A stretch of DNA of 64,000 nucleotides from Octopus vulgaris (lineage: Eukaryota), in NCBI GenBank assembly GCA_951406725.2, contig OX597828.1, positions 16,678,001-16,742,000 on the forward strand, written 5' to 3'. The stretch's first letter is position 1, and each line of letters begins with the position of its first letter. Positions 1 through 13,947 of this stretch are shown one piece after another. The translations under genes and the position numbers were made by a program. The notes beneath the pieces are model-generated. The model did no database searches. It worked only from the letters and a program-made list of their open reading frames with translations, and had not been told where the DNA came from.

Positions 1-559
1 CCCTCGACCGCGAATCCGCTACTCTAACCACAATGCCATAGGCCTCCACCAACACTCTTTTGCACATATGTGGCAACGATGTGCATCTCTTGCAACACGT
101 GTTCAAACGATGACTACTCATGCAGACAGATGCCATCATAGGATATTAGATTGAGTGTTTTTGCCTGTTTGGGCAAGAATATGCAGCACGTAATAAAGAT
201 ATTAAAAATCATGTTTTGCCGATGCAGAGGTACACAAGATTCCTTAAAGTTTACCTATATAAATATATGTGTGTCTGTGTATGTGTGTGTGTTTGTGTTT
301 GTGTGTGTACATATATATATTCAAGTACATAATTATAAAAATATAATTACAATTAAGAGAGCTGGAGTGCCAACGCCTATATGCTGGAAGTAAATATCAA
401 ATGTCTAAACGTATGAAAAGGCATTGCGTAGGGTCCATCCTACCCTCTGAACATGATATGCATCAACCCACTCAGAAAAAAAAGACAAAACAAAAAAAAA
501 ACAAGAAAACATACGTCGTCACAGATAACTGCACCGACTTCTGGAGCTTCATCGTTGTC

Positions 560-800
560 TATGACATTTCTTTCTATCCATCCATGAACTCTCAGGTGAC
601 TATTGAGTCCCGCTGCATGTCTTCATGTTTGAAAGCGTAGATGACAAACGAAAGTTGTAAATTATTATGCACAGCCAACTGGTGTGCACACGTTTCCACT
701 CTTTCATCGCCATAGGACTTTCGGCAGATGGAATGACAAATGCGGTCACCACAAATAAACGTCTGTACGTCATTGGATTATAGTTATAAACGCTTCTATA
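560..800 (-). mobile_element. Possible decayed RTE-type LINE 3' end
   Basis: The minus strand gives FVC...AAGLNSHLRVHG, resembling the terminal C2H2-like finger of RTE ORF2. Heavily degraded. Confidence 0.35.
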
Positions 801-1229
801 ACACGAGTACCACTCTCCGAGTCTCCGTCAATTGTACCTAGAGATGACCTGTAAAGATTTCGGGCAGCAGGTTTTACACAAGGATGCTGTGACAACAGCT
901 AGGGCCACACATTTTCAACCGAGGGTATTTCTATGCTCAGATACGTTGCTATCACACATGGCCGTGTTGTCGGCGGCTAAACCGATACACCCACCAGGCT
1001 ACCCTGGTGAGGAGGGTTGCTAGAAACCCAGCATGATTAAAAGCAAGACCTGTTGAACCTAGTGCAGGCTCGATGGCTATCTACCAATAGCACGGGTACG
1101 CAGAAACTCCGGGATGGTGTCCGGCATGCTGAAAGACCCCTGGATAAGGCACCCCTCAGCTTCTGATGAAGCATGTATCTAGAGGTCACACTGATATAAA
1201 ACCAGATATGCAGGGAATGGAATTGGACA

Positions 1230-1457
1230 TATGGATGGGATGCTGGAACGTTCCTGGCTTTAGGTAAAAGAAAACACAGGGCGATCAGTTAATTATGATT
1301 TTATTCAAGATATTCCTCTCTCAGATTCACACTTATTGTAGAAGTCGTTCAGTTTTTCTAATCCCTGTAAAAAATAAAAAAAACTCAGAAGGCTGGGCCT
1401 CCAACCAAGCCTTTTGTCATACCCTTAAAACCAGAAACTTTTCACCACTCTCTTGTA
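1230..1457 (-). mobile_element. Non-autonomous mariner-derived MITE
   Basis: Degenerate TIRs (GATGCTGGAACGTTCCTGGCTT ... AAACCAGAAACTTTTCACCACTCTCTTGTA). The interior retains a mariner C-terminus-like segment shared with 41557-41680. Confidence 0.6.
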
Positions 1458-2149
1458 CTTACGTATGGAGAACTTGAAAATGCATCGCAATTCTGTGAAA
1501 TTTGGTCCCGGTTCTTTACACACAGCCAAAGACAGCAGCTTCATGAGGTGGTGGATAAAATTCAAATGGGATCATAGATGGTATTGATTGATCATCAGAA
1601 AATAGTCTTCTGCTGTGGTCATCAGAAAATGGTCTTCTGCTGTGATTCGATGCGGTGGCTCGACATGTGTGAGACTTGTTAAAATCACTGCACATGTTTC
1701 CAAGGCTATTTAAATGCTTATAGAACCCGAATAGAAATAATATATGAAATACAGTATTTAACTGAGTATAGTTGTTCTTCTTGAGATCTGTTCTGGGAAA
1801 CTTCTGGCTCCATATTTTATATACATTTTTCTTTATTTGATTACTCTTTTATTTATTTCAGTCATTTGACTGTGGCCATGCTGGGGCACCGCCTTTAGTC
1901 GAGCAAATCGACCCCAGGACTCATTTTTTGTAAGCCTAGTACTTATACTATCGGTCTCTGTTGCCGAACCGCTAAATTACGGCTTTGGTCGACTCGAGGC
2001 TATAGTAGAAGACACTTGCCCAAGGTGCCACGCAGTGGGACTGAACCCGGAACCATGTGGTTGGTAAACAAGCTACTGACCACACAGCCAATCCCACGTC
2101 TATATACGATTGTTTATTTTTGTCTATATATGATAGTTTATTTTTTTCT

Positions 2150-2282
2150 TTATTTTTTTTCTTTATTGCCCACAAGGGGCTAAACATAGAGGGGACAAAC
2201 AAGGACATACAAAGGGATTAAGTCGATTACATCGACCCCAGTGCGAAACTGGTACTTTATTTATCGACCCCGAAAGGATGAA
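2150..2282 (-). mobile_element. SINE family A 3' fragment
   Basis: Tail TTTGTCCCCTCTATGTTTAGCCCCTTGTGGGCAATAAAGAAA at 2158-2199 (-). Further degenerate family-A copies lie near 6705, 22915, 54900, 56510, 58665, 59135 and 63120. Confidence 0.8.
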
Positions 2283-2883
2283 CTCACGCTTGTACATATA
2301 TTCACATCAGTTTCGTCTGAGCTCTCGAGTACATTGGGCAGCACGTTGACGTCACTGGTTTTTGTTGGAGTCATTTTCCCCTGCAAACTACTATATGATA
2401 CTATATGGTGTTCATTTGAAACTTGTTTTAGAATGGCATTGTTCTGGTTGCTGTAGTATTTAACCTGATAGTTTTAATCTTAGTTTTGTGATGACATCGT
2501 CAAGTTCACTTTTGTTAGATCTCTATAGGACTAACACAATTTATTAATTACGTGGACTTGCCAATGCGTTCTCAGAACACTTCCTAACTATCTTTAATGG
2601 AAAATTTTAGCTTTCTCTCTAATTTCACAGTGCTCTTCGAAACGGAGGATATATGCAAAATTAAGACGTCAAGTGACGATAGTTGATTAGAGCCATCTTA
2701 ACCTGGTGTTAAATAAGAAAAGTAAGGGTTAATTTTGCAGAAAATTTAAATTAATTTAAATTAGTCATAAAGTTTACCGTTATCGATAATTGTTCGCTGC
2801 TACTCGTTTCATCTTCTCGGAAAAAGCAGATTTCATTTGAATCGATAACATAAATTAAATATTTGTTTTTATCTGCCGTTCCT

Positions 2884-3203
<320 letters not shown>

Positions 3204-3414
3204 TGTGTCTTGATATTTTCAACGGAATTTGTGTGTTTCTAATACTGATGAAATCATTTAATCTGATGCAGCAATCGCTATAAATGTAATGAAAAATATT
3301 CTGATGTGAAGCACAGAGCCGATTAGGTTATTGGCACAGCGCTAAAGATTTAGTTTCTAGGTCAAGTCAACATTGCAGATCTTTTGCAGATCTCAAAAGT
3401 TGTAACATACTTAC

Positions 3415-3572
3415 ATAAAAAAAAAGTTCTGCACTACTTCACCTGGTACAGCAAGCTGAAGAATCACTCCTCTAGGAATCAAGGATTGCTATGTTTATTA
3501 ACAGTCAAAGGCACCTCTCCATGCTGCTCGTTGGCAGTTTTGTTGGCTGTCTTCACGAATGAAATCTTCTGG
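3415..3572 (-). other. Candidate 158-bp non-coding or UTR exon
   Basis: Acceptor TTTTGTATGTTCGTTCTACAG| and donor |GTAAGT; stops occur in all frames. Confidence 0.35.
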
Positions 3573-4509
3573 CTGTAGAACGAACATACAAAACATACAA
3601 ACTGACAACATTTTGTCTCCATGGTCGCGAACGAGTTTTAGAGAATATGCTTATGATAAAGTAGACCTAACACGTTGCTTGGTTAAACACCATCATATGG
3701 CAATTTGGGTGTCTTTGTTTAGAGTCCACTCTGTTGTAAGTATTCGGGTTAGTTTTCTGATTTGAAAATTACTAAATCCCTCCTTCACTTCAGTTAGTGG
3801 AGTCGTGTAAGACGTCATCGGCATCATATTGCCTCCTGTAGAATAGACAGAAAACTTAATGAGTAGTTATAAAACCGCAACGTTCGTATCTGATGCTATT
3901 TGATATGGAGCTTTCTATGAGATTGACCAACCTGCTAGAAATAGTAGCCAAAATTCTATCAAAAACAGTATACCGTAAAAAAAATATATGATTTCTTGGA
4001 TAATATACTCCTAAATATATTTCTTAGTTGTTTCTTCCGCAAACTGCGATAAAAGTGGTGACTAATTTCACTTTTTGTCCTCTTGTATTCTAAAGTGCTA
4101 CTCAAGGACCTGAGTCGTGTATTCCGTCAGTCTATTTCTCTCTTGAAGTCAGTCACACTTCAGTGTATGAAGGACTGTGGAAGACCACTGAAAGCGAGAT
4201 GTTTTCAGTATGTTCCCATAGAAAAATTCACACCACTAAAATCGTCCAGAAATGTAGTCATGTGCAGTAGAGTAGTAAAGAACGGAGATAAAAGAGAAGG
4301 TGCATAACATATTTATGCCTGAGACTCCTAGTGAACTTGTGGTATTATAATCTGAAACACTAACGTGGCCGTCCATAGAAATAGGACGGATGCTGCTGTT
4401 GATTAGCTACGAGAGGCGATCGCCTCTAGCTGGCCATATGACGCACGAACATGCGTCCATAATCCTTCGAACAGGGGAGGCCATCATCTATCCTTTGCTA
4501 ACTTGGCAA

Positions 4510-4550
4510 CCACAGACCGGTTTCGGGGTAGTTTCCCCTTATCAATGTAG
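4510..4550 (-). ncRNA. Hammerhead ribozyme motif, U3-A8 core variant
   Basis: CUACA-UUGAUAA-GGGG(aaacua)CCCC-GAAA-CCGG-UC-UGUGG. Confidence 0.72.
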
Positions 4551-4870
4551 AGCAGCCGATTCCAGCAGGGGTCGCTGATGAACTTTGTTCGAAGGTTTTA
4601 TTTATATATATTCTGTAAAACACATTCACTGATTTTCAAAAATAGAAATGTTATAATTTTTAAATCTTTCTAAAGGAAAGATACAGTAGCAGTACTGAGT
4701 ATTAATATTTATTGGCAAACTAACGTGGCAGTCCATAGAAACAGGACGAATTCTGCTGTTGATTAACTCCGAAAGGCGATCGCTTCTAGCTAGCTATATG
4801 ACGCACGAACATGCGTCCATAAACTTTCAAATACGGGAGGCCATCAACTACCCTTTGCTAGCTTGGTAAC

Positions 4871-4909
4871 CACAGACCGGTTTCGGAGTAGTTGTCCCTT
4901 ATCAATGTG
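4871..4909 (-). ncRNA. Hammerhead ribozyme motif, U3-A8 core variant (second tandem copy)
   Basis: CACA-UUGAUAA-GGG...UCC-GAAA-CCGG-UC-UGUG, exactly 360 bp from the first copy. Confidence 0.65.
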
Positions 4910-5164
4910 CAAGAAGCCGAGTCCAACAGGGGTTGTTGATGACCTTTGTTCGAAGGTTTTGTTTATATTTATATGGACTGAAATGTTGGCAATAAATATT
5001 GTACTCAATACTGCTGCTGTAGAGAAGTTTAGAAATTATAATATTTCTATATTAGTCTGAAACAATATTATAAATAAATAAATAAATAAATGCACAGAGA
5101 TTCTGTAGCATTTACGTTTACCAAACATTTACGAAATTAGTTCTTTTCTTTTTTTTTCTTTTCT

Positions 5165-5400
5165 TCTTTTACTTGTTTCAGTTATTTGACTGTGGTAATG
5201 CTGGAGCACCGCCGTCAGTCGAACAAATCGACCCCAGGACTTGCTTTTTATACGCCTGGTCCTTTTTAGCCGAACCGCTAAGTTAAGGGGACGTAAACAC
5301 ACCAGCATCGGTTGTCAAGCGATGGTGGAGGGACAAATACAGACACACAAACACACAAACAAACACAAACTCACATATACATACATGCATACACACACAC

Positions 5401-5449
<49 letters not shown>

Positions 5450-5605
5450 CGACGGGCATCTTTCAGTTTCCGTCTGCCAAATCCAGCCACAAGGCTTCGG
5501 TCGGCCAGAGGCTAGAGAAGAAGCCACTTGCCGAAGGTCGCAGTGGGACTGAACCCAGAACCATGCGGTTGGTAAGCAAGTTACTTACCACAAAGTCACT
5601 CCTGT
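5165..5605 (-). mobile_element. SINE family B
   Basis: Reverse complement of 18260-18690 with an internal (CA)n(TA)n tract. Confidence 0.82.
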
Positions 5606-6305
5606 GCTTTTCTTCTAAATCTAAAGGAAATCAGCCAGTACCATACCTGGGAAATGATCTGATCAGAGTAAGTAGGTTAGAATATCACATAGTTGCAGTG
5701 TCGTCTTCAAGCATTGGCCCTCTCGCCGGTCGAAAGTGCACCAATAGTTATCTACGTATGATGTGGCTTGTTAATAAATAAATAAATACTAAAAGGTCCA
5801 GTGTCCTGACTATCCGGGTAAGTCCTGCTATTAAGAGAGTTCTTCTCAGTTGTCGTTAAGCTTTATATTCATCTTTATTTTCTATGTTTACATTATATAC
5901 ATATGAAGTATACGTGTACACTTATACATATAGACGCATATAGATATAAATGAGACGCTGAATTTATCTTTATAGGCACAATTGAATATTAGATGCTGGA
6001 ACTGTGGAGATATTTGAAAGCTACGCTTAAGCAGATATGTGCCATATTATTCATTTGGTTGACCTTGTACAGTTGTTTCGCGAACGGCAACGCCATCCAT
6101 CACGATCTCGTAGAGAATTTGGGAAGTCAGTAGAGCCTATCGATGAAGACTTTCGTTTGACCTCTGCTTAACGACGCGGAGGATGACTGTAAAAATGTCT
6201 TACTTAACTCTCAATCAATATTCTGTAAAACGTTTATTACTTTCTTGGATGATATCCACTGTCATTCCCTATCATCAGATATCATTGTTGTTAATAAATA
6301 AATAA

Positions 6306-6532
6306 ATACAGTTGTATATTTAAGAGATGAGAAATTATATACATTATTTACATTTGACGGATATTTGTCCACATCTTGAGTGTTGTTAACACAACGTTTC
6401 GGCTGTTATACCCTCCAGCCTTCATCAGGTGTCTTGGAGAAATTTCGAACCTGGGTTCTCATTCCTAACGTATTTTTCATTATTATTATTATTATTAATA
6501 TTAATATTATTATTATTGTTGTTGTTGTTGTT

Positions 6533-6601
<69 letters not shown>

Positions 6602-6686
6602 TTTATTATACAGGTCACTGCCTGGAATCGAACTCGGAATCTTGGGGTTAATAGCCTCAGCTCTTAACCACTACGCTCTATGCCCA
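6306..6686 (-). mobile_element. SINE family D: tRNA-like head, (AAT)n, hammerhead-bearing tail
   Basis: Near-complete copy, homologous to 58805-59064 and 58330-58524. Confidence 0.8.
6388..6433 (-). ncRNA. Minimal type-I hammerhead ribozyme motif in SINE D
   Basis: GACAC-CUGAUGA-A-GGCUG(gaggguauaa)CAGCC-GAAA-CGUU-GUGUU: canonical core, 5-bp stem II, palindromic ACGU helix III, stem I GACAC/GUGUU. Confidence 0.75.
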
Positions 6687-7776
6687 TGGGCATAAATAGA
6701 TACTTGTTTCAAGGCCCATAATTTTAGGGAGAATGTTTAGACGATTATATTAGCTCCTCCCCGCACCGCGTGGGTGACTGTTACTTATTTTACTGACCTC
6801 AAAATGATTAAAATGCAAAGTTGACCTCGGTGGTATTTGAGCTCAGAACGTAAAGAGCAGAAAGAAATACCGTTAAGCATTTTGTCCGACGCGCGCAAGG
6901 AATATGGAAATCTTAACTAACAGTCATTGAATGTTTTACATATTTCTCACCAATCTCCAACTATTTAAATTTGAGCCAACAAGTTGAAATTCAACGAATT
7001 GGAAGCTCAATCTGAAGGCTTAAGTCTCATTCTAATCCAACTAAGCACTCCATAGCAATAATGTACGTGGCTGGAATCAAGAAATATCATAAAAATATTT
7101 AAAACTAAAAGAGAAATCCTTTACTCGAAGGGGTATTTTGGAGCTGTCAATATTCCTGAGTTGAGCATTTTATTACGTGAGCTCAGGAAGATCACCATCA
7201 CTTGGTTATAATAAAAAATTTAAATACGAAATAGAATGAAATAAATAGAAGTAAAAACACGCGTATATAGAATATAATAATAGAGAAATAAAATCAGTAA
7301 AATATTATTTGTAAAAAAACCCCAAAAAACTCAAGCCTACAAACAGGAGTCAGGGATTATATGAGGAAATATGATTTTGATTCTCTTGCTCTGCTACACG
7401 GGAATCAAGTTCTGATCCAAAGCACTCAATATGTCACGAACATTCTTCGTTGAAAGACAACAACAATAACAGCAACAACAGCAGCAGCAGTAGCAGCAGC
7501 AGCAGCAGTAGCTACAATAACAAAATACAAGTGAATATGAAAAAAATATTATAAACTGAAAATTAAATAAAATAAAATAAACACAGATTTAACAATCGAA
7601 AAAATAAAAAAAAAAAGAGAAAATACATTTCTCATTTTCGAGGCACTTAAAAAATAAAGAATAAAATGTAAAAATTGTAAATGGTAAAAAATATTAGATT
7701 TAAAATTCACACATACACACAAACAGACCTATACACAAATAATAAAATCTTGTATTCATTATTATTATTAATATTA

Positions 7777-7865
<89 letters not shown>

Positions 7866-8799
7866 GTTGTTGTTGTTACATATGTTTTTTTCTTCTTTTC
7901 AGTATTAGAGCTGGTGGAAACGATTTTAAGAAAATGTCAGTTGAATTGATTTTAACAGTATAAAAATTGTATTTTTCTCCGATGTCTAGAGGTTTTCAAG
8001 TTGTAGAAATGTTATATTCAAATATTGCTTTCCATCTTGTTCCTCGTTTTATTTATTTACTTGTTCATTTATTCATTTATTTACCCTTCACTCAGTTAAG
8101 ACCAAAGCATCCATCTACACTTCTTCATCATCTATAGATACGTATCAAATGTACCACACCTACAAGCATCTTCTCTCTCTTTTTCACACACACAAGGATC
8201 CATGTACACTCACATACATACACTCAGATCCATACCCACGCATACGCAGTCAGCAAATTTATTCTTGTTTATTTATTTATGCATGCATGCATATCAATGA
8301 AATTTATTTACGTTTGATTTAAATAAGTCACCATATTCTCAAAGTGAGAGTTATTTTCGGAATGAAGAATTTTCTGTAATTTAATTATTTATACAGCATA
8401 GTTAGGGAACAAAATGGGTGTTTTTGCCATGTCAACTTGTCATATTTGGCAGGAAGTCAAACATTTTTGGGACAGTTATGATAATCATCAAATAAATATT
8501 TGAAAAAGTAATAGAGATGGAGATAGACAGCCATATAGACGGAAATAAGGATAAATAGAGAGATAGGTTGAAATAGGGATAGATACAGAGATAGATTGAA
8601 ATAGATACAGACAGGTAGAGATATTGAAGTAGAGATAGATAAACAGAGAGCTTGATTGACAGATAGATGTAATACATTACGAATGCAAAAAGAGAGAAAA
8701 AACATCACAATATTTTTTTAGGTCAACAATAAAACAGGATTGAGGATGCTTTTGGTTAATGTTGATAATTTAATCTCACTTATTTTCTGATATATGAAT

Positions 8800-9240
8800 A
8801 TATGACATAAATATATAGTAATGTACATATATAAATATATAAAGTAATATATATGCAAATATATTATATAATATATAATATATAAAATAAATATATAATA
8901 TTATATATAATATAAATATACCGTATGGTATTTAATATAAATATATAAGATAACAAATATAAATATACTGTATAATATAAAATATAAATATGTAATATAA
9001 CAAAATACAAGTATAATATATAATATCAATATACCTTATAATATATAATATAAGTATATCTTATGATATATGATATAAATACATGATATAATGTATAATA
9101 TAAATATACCGTATAATATATGATATAAATATAACTTATATGATATAAATATATAATTTAAAATATAAATACATGATATAATATATAATATAAATATATT
9201 AAATAATATATAATGTATATATAGAATATAATATATAACT
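8800..9240. repeat. Extremely AT-rich low-complexity region
   Basis: Direct reading. Confidence 0.9.
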
Positions 9241-9667
9241 TGCTGATGTAATGAGTGAGTAACGTATTGAGCGTTAGAGAAAACCTTGAAAATGAAGGTT
9301 TATATATTATTTCTAGGGTAAATCTGTAGTCTAAAGGGAGACATTGCGCACCATCCCATCTCATGAGTTTGTCAATACTATCGCTGCTCTTATCAGTGAA
9401 ATGCTCGGTCCCTTGTTATAGTAACTGATACCTAAATAGAGCGAGCACTTAAAATAAAAGTACCTCTTCTCTCGACATCATCTTCCGTTTCAACAATTGT
9501 TATTTATAATGTAGAAGGTATTTGCGCATTCAACACCAGTCATTCTGTTTTACTCAGTCCTCATAATCTATGGCAAAACCATTTGCTTCATTAAATCTAA
9601 CATGACATCTGGCTTTGCAAATTGCTTCCACGAATATAAGCTGCTGTATTAGTCATATGTATATGTG

Positions 9668-10945
9668 ATAGGTCATCCCATAAATAATGCGGTTTTTATA
9701 TACTTCTTTTCTTTCTCAAAATTAAAATAAAGAAAGTTCTTTTTTACTCTAAAATACACCCTCCTTCATTTTCCACAATGCTCTTCCACCTATCTGGTAG
9801 ATTTACAAGGCCTCTTTCCAAAATCCACTTGTCCGTAACGGAAAATACTCCTCCAGTATTGTAATGACTTCGTCTACAGAATTTATGTTTTTTCCGTCCA
9901 AATGATTTTGAAGACTGTGGAATAAGTGATAATCAGATGGGGTAATGTCCGGCGATAATGGTGGGTGGGGCATCGTTTCCCGTTCAAACGCTCCAGCCTT
10001 TGGAACGTCATCCTCCATGTATGTGGCCAAGCGTTATCCTGATGGAAGAATACCTTTCGTCTTGAAACCAAAAGATGGCTGTTTTTCTTCTAGTGCTGAC
10101 TTAAGCCACTCAAGCTGCTCGAAGTAGATCTCACTTGTTATAGCTTGGTTTGGGTTTAAAATTTTAAAGTGGACAAAACCTTTCATATACCAAACAGATA
10201 ACAACACATTACGTGGCTGAAGACCTTCTGTAGCCTAGCTCCTCGGTGTTTCGCCTTCCCCCACTCACTGTCATCGGTGCTTGACATTTTTATAGAGAAC
10301 CAATTTCTCGTCACCTGTCACGATTCGGTCCAAAAGAAGTTCATTCCTGAGACGTGACAGCAAAAGTGGGCACACATTCACTCTCTGAGCACGATTAGAC
10401 GCAGAAAGTTTGTGAAGAACCCATTGACCCAATTTGCTGACTTTTCCGATGGCACACAGTTTTCAATGAATGGCTGAATGACCAAATCCAAGTTTCTCTG
10501 CTAGTTCCTCAACAGTTATGATGAGATTTTGCTCCACTAGGGTTTGCAGGACATCCTCGTCGAGCTCTACAGATGTTCCAGGTTGAGCCTCGTCTTCTAG
10601 GTTGTAGTTCCCGGATCGGAATTTCTTGAACCACTATTGACACTGACTTATTATCCGATCTCCATTTACTGCATTAATACTCCGCGCACTTTCCGTTGAG
10701 TTGTTACCTTTATTGAACTCATAAAGCAAAATATGCCGAATATGCTCCTTTGTCACTTCTATTATAGCTTTGAAAAAATATCTGTCAAAATCGAACTGCA
10801 CTCTTCAAAACTTGCACTAAGAATAAGTACAAGGTAACTTTACTAACTGCTTTTATAGCAAGTTGATACAAGTAATTTATCCCGTCCTCCTGCGACTTTT
10901 AGTTCATGCAGTTGAAAAAACCGCATTATTCATTGGATACCCCAA
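9668..10945 (-). mobile_element. Full-length (~1.28 kb) degenerate mariner (Tc1/mariner, DD34D-type) DNA transposon
   Basis: Imperfect ~30-bp TIRs: ATAGGTCATCCCATAAATAATGCGGTTTTT at 9668 and AAAAAACCGCATTATTCATTGGATACCCCAA ending at 10945, followed by TA. TIR resembles the Hsmar1-type TTAGGT...TGCGGTT. Encloses a transposase relic. Confidence 0.92.
9744..10762 (-). pseudogene. Mariner transposase pseudogene
   Basis: Minus-strand translation gives EVTKEHIRHILLYEF, WFKKFRSG, GQWVLHKL (WVPHEL motif), RIVTGDEK, HQDNAWPH, PPLSPDITPSDYHLF and LPDRWKSIVENEG. The start is mutated to ATA and there are several stops and frameshifts. Confidence 0.9.
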
Positions 10946-10948
10946 TAT

Positions 10949-10984
<36 letters not shown>

Positions 10985-12381
10985 GCATTAAATGAAAACT
11001 AACAACCAGAATTTCCTTTGGTGAATCGTCTGACGAGTTTTTAGTTTCAGCCATATGTACTTATCTTAACTAATGGATCTCATTGCTTAATAATGTTGAA
11101 CTAAGAGTGTCAGAAACAGCAGAGCACAAGATGAATTACCTTCCCGTAGTATTAAACCAAAATAGCCATATATGGAGGATACCAATGTATTTATGCTATT
11201 CATAGGCCACACATTTTATGTTAGAATATAACTTTTCACAATTTAGAGGAAGTCCAGCACTCAATTATATCGCCCTTGTTATTTCTCTGATAATTTATTG
11301 TATAGGAAGTGCACTTCGACAGATGAAGAACAAGGTTGACTTCGGTGGGATTTGATCCCAGAATGTTAAATCCCGGGAAAAATGCAGTGAGGCATTTTTG
11401 TTCAACGTTCTGACTATTCTGTTACTTCACTGTCCTAGACTGATTGTTACATACGTCACCAAGAATGTTGTGTGTCCATATCCTAAGATGTAGTATTCAG
11501 TGTCGTGAAAGTGGTATTATTGATTTCTTCCTTTGTTAAAAGACCAGACTTGTGCAGGAAAGATGCACGTTAGATCGTACATGTGGTATTTAGTCACAAT
11601 CTTTTACGTTCAGAGTTCGAATCCAGATGACGTCAGTTTTGCTTTTCAGCCATTTAAGAGCGATAAAATAAAGTAGCAGTGAAACACTTGGGTTGATATA
11701 ATTGACTAGATCCCTCCCACAAATTTGAGGCCTTGTGCCTTTGTTAGAAATCAATAATTAAACAAAAAAAGAGCGATTGGTTGGCAGACTCCACAGTGCA
11801 TCAGGTGTAACACCTTTACATTTAGAGTTCAAATCCGGACAAGATGTACCTTGACTTGTTGTCATCGGAGGTGAATAAAATAAAGTGGAAATTAAATACT
11901 GAGGTTAAGTGGAAATTAAGTACTGAAATTAAGCACTGAGACATTGACTATATGCCCTCCATTACAGATTTGTAGCCTTATGTCTACGTTAAAGAAAAAA
12001 AATTCATAATTAATCAAGAACGAAAATAATTAAGATTAAAGTACAGAACAGTAAATTAGATCAAATCAGTTTTAATTGCAAAGTCATGCAAATGTATTTC
12101 TTATAAAGTTTAACAAAGAACGACAATTATTGAAGAGATTAGTAAAAGACTAAAGGCAAAAGATATGACTTCAAAGTAAGCCCTTCAAAGTGGATACTTG
12201 ATGTATAAACTCTATACAGACTTTTCTTTTGATCACATTTCGTTTAGTCGTTTGGTTTCTTTAAAAACAAAAATTGAAGAAAATGTAAAAAGTGTTTGGT
12301 TTTTTTTTTCAGCGACAAAAACCCGACCACACCTTTTAAAACCCATTAACAATCTTGAAAAGTCATCAAGTTTCTTATTTT

Positions 12382-12453
<72 letters not shown>

Positions 12454-13734
12454 GTTGTTTTTGTTGTTGTTGTTATTATTAACTTTACTTTTCGTTTTTT
12501 ATTATCTTACTTTTGTCTTTTACAGAGATTTGTCTTTTCGTAAACCAAATCAAAATAAAATAGAATATATAATAGTAAAAAACCAAAAAGATCAGCAGAA
12601 AATAAACTGGAAAAAAATAAAGAGAAAAACATATAAGAAGGAAAAACAGAAAAAAAAAACTACCACAACAACAAGAACAACAACAAAAGGCAAGAAACAG
12701 AGAAACAAGATTCAAAATTGAAACAAAAACAAAAACAAAAAATAACAAACGAAAACAACCAAACAAACATAATAAAAACAAATAAAAACGAACGAATCAC
12801 AAGACATGAGAAAGAAGCACAAGAAATAAACAAATCATTTTTATCATTATGACCGTGAAAATATTTTCTTTATTCAAGTCTGTGACAGAAACATTGAAAC
12901 AGTTCCTTACTAGTTTAGCCGCCATGGCAAGTAATTCTTAGTCTCTTCTTTCATAAACAAATTACTTCCACTTTGATACACTACAATAATTACCGTTGCT
13001 TGCTCCATATATTATTGTTGGCCTACTAGAAACGTCACCGAGTTGGTGCTGACGTCATTAGTTGTTGTTGGTGTTGTTGTTGTTGTTGTTATTTTACACG
13101 TTTTGTTTTAGCTTTCATTTAAGTTTGGCGTTATCTTTATTTCTTTTCTTTTTTTTTTTTTTTTTTGTTCCATATTTTATTATTTCTATATGTTCGCTGG
13201 CAGCTAATTTGAATAGTTGGATCTGCTGAAACAATTTATTTCGCACACACACACGCACATACACACACGCACACAAACACACAGGCACGCTTACAGACAT
13301 ACATAAACATATATACACACCTGCGCATACACACACATACACGTATACGCTCTATATACACATATAAACGTACAGGTACATATGAATATACATACATGCA
13401 TACATACATACATACGTACATACATACATACACATAGACACATCCATCTATACACACACCCATACATACAGATGAAAGCAGAAAAGTAAAACCTTACCAC
13501 TCACACACACAACACTGAAAAATTAATAATAATAATAATGATAATAACAATAATAATAATAATAATAATAATCATAATAAACTGATAAAATAATAATGAT
13601 AATAATAATAACAATAATAATAACAATAATAATAATAATAATAATGATAATAATAATAATAATAATAATAATAATTATCATAATAATAAACTGATAAAAT
13701 AATAATGATAATAATAACAATAATAATAATTATG

Positions 13735-13774
<40 letters not shown>

Positions 13775-13778
13775 CAAC

Positions 13779-13837
<59 letters not shown>

Positions 13838-13869
13838 TAATAATGATAATAATAATAATGATAATAATG

Positions 13870-13947
<78 letters not shown>

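Larger units (their letters stand above)
4360..5080 (-). mobile_element. Tandem 360-bp-period hammerhead-containing repeat with an inverted terminal segment (Penelope pLTR/retrozyme-like)
   Basis: Direct repeats at 4360-4610 and 4720-4970. The spacer 4610-4720 recurs inverted at about 4985-5080. Each repeat carries one HHR. Confidence 0.7.

Noticed and set aside
4576-4596. Plus-strand CTGATGA...CGAA as a hammerhead (similar isolated cores near 1163, 3246, 54461 and 61960)
   Set aside because: No GAAA with compatible helices I and III; the core is not conserved in the second repeat copy.
7455-7515. (CAG/CAA)n as a polyglutamine exon
   Set aside because: The tract is interrupted by in-frame stops and has no flanking ORF or splice support.
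12918-12927. Perfect Kozak GCCGCCATGG on the + strand as a gene start
   Set aside because: The frame closes after a few codons (MASNS*) and the adjacent donor (GTAATT) is weak, so there is not enough support.
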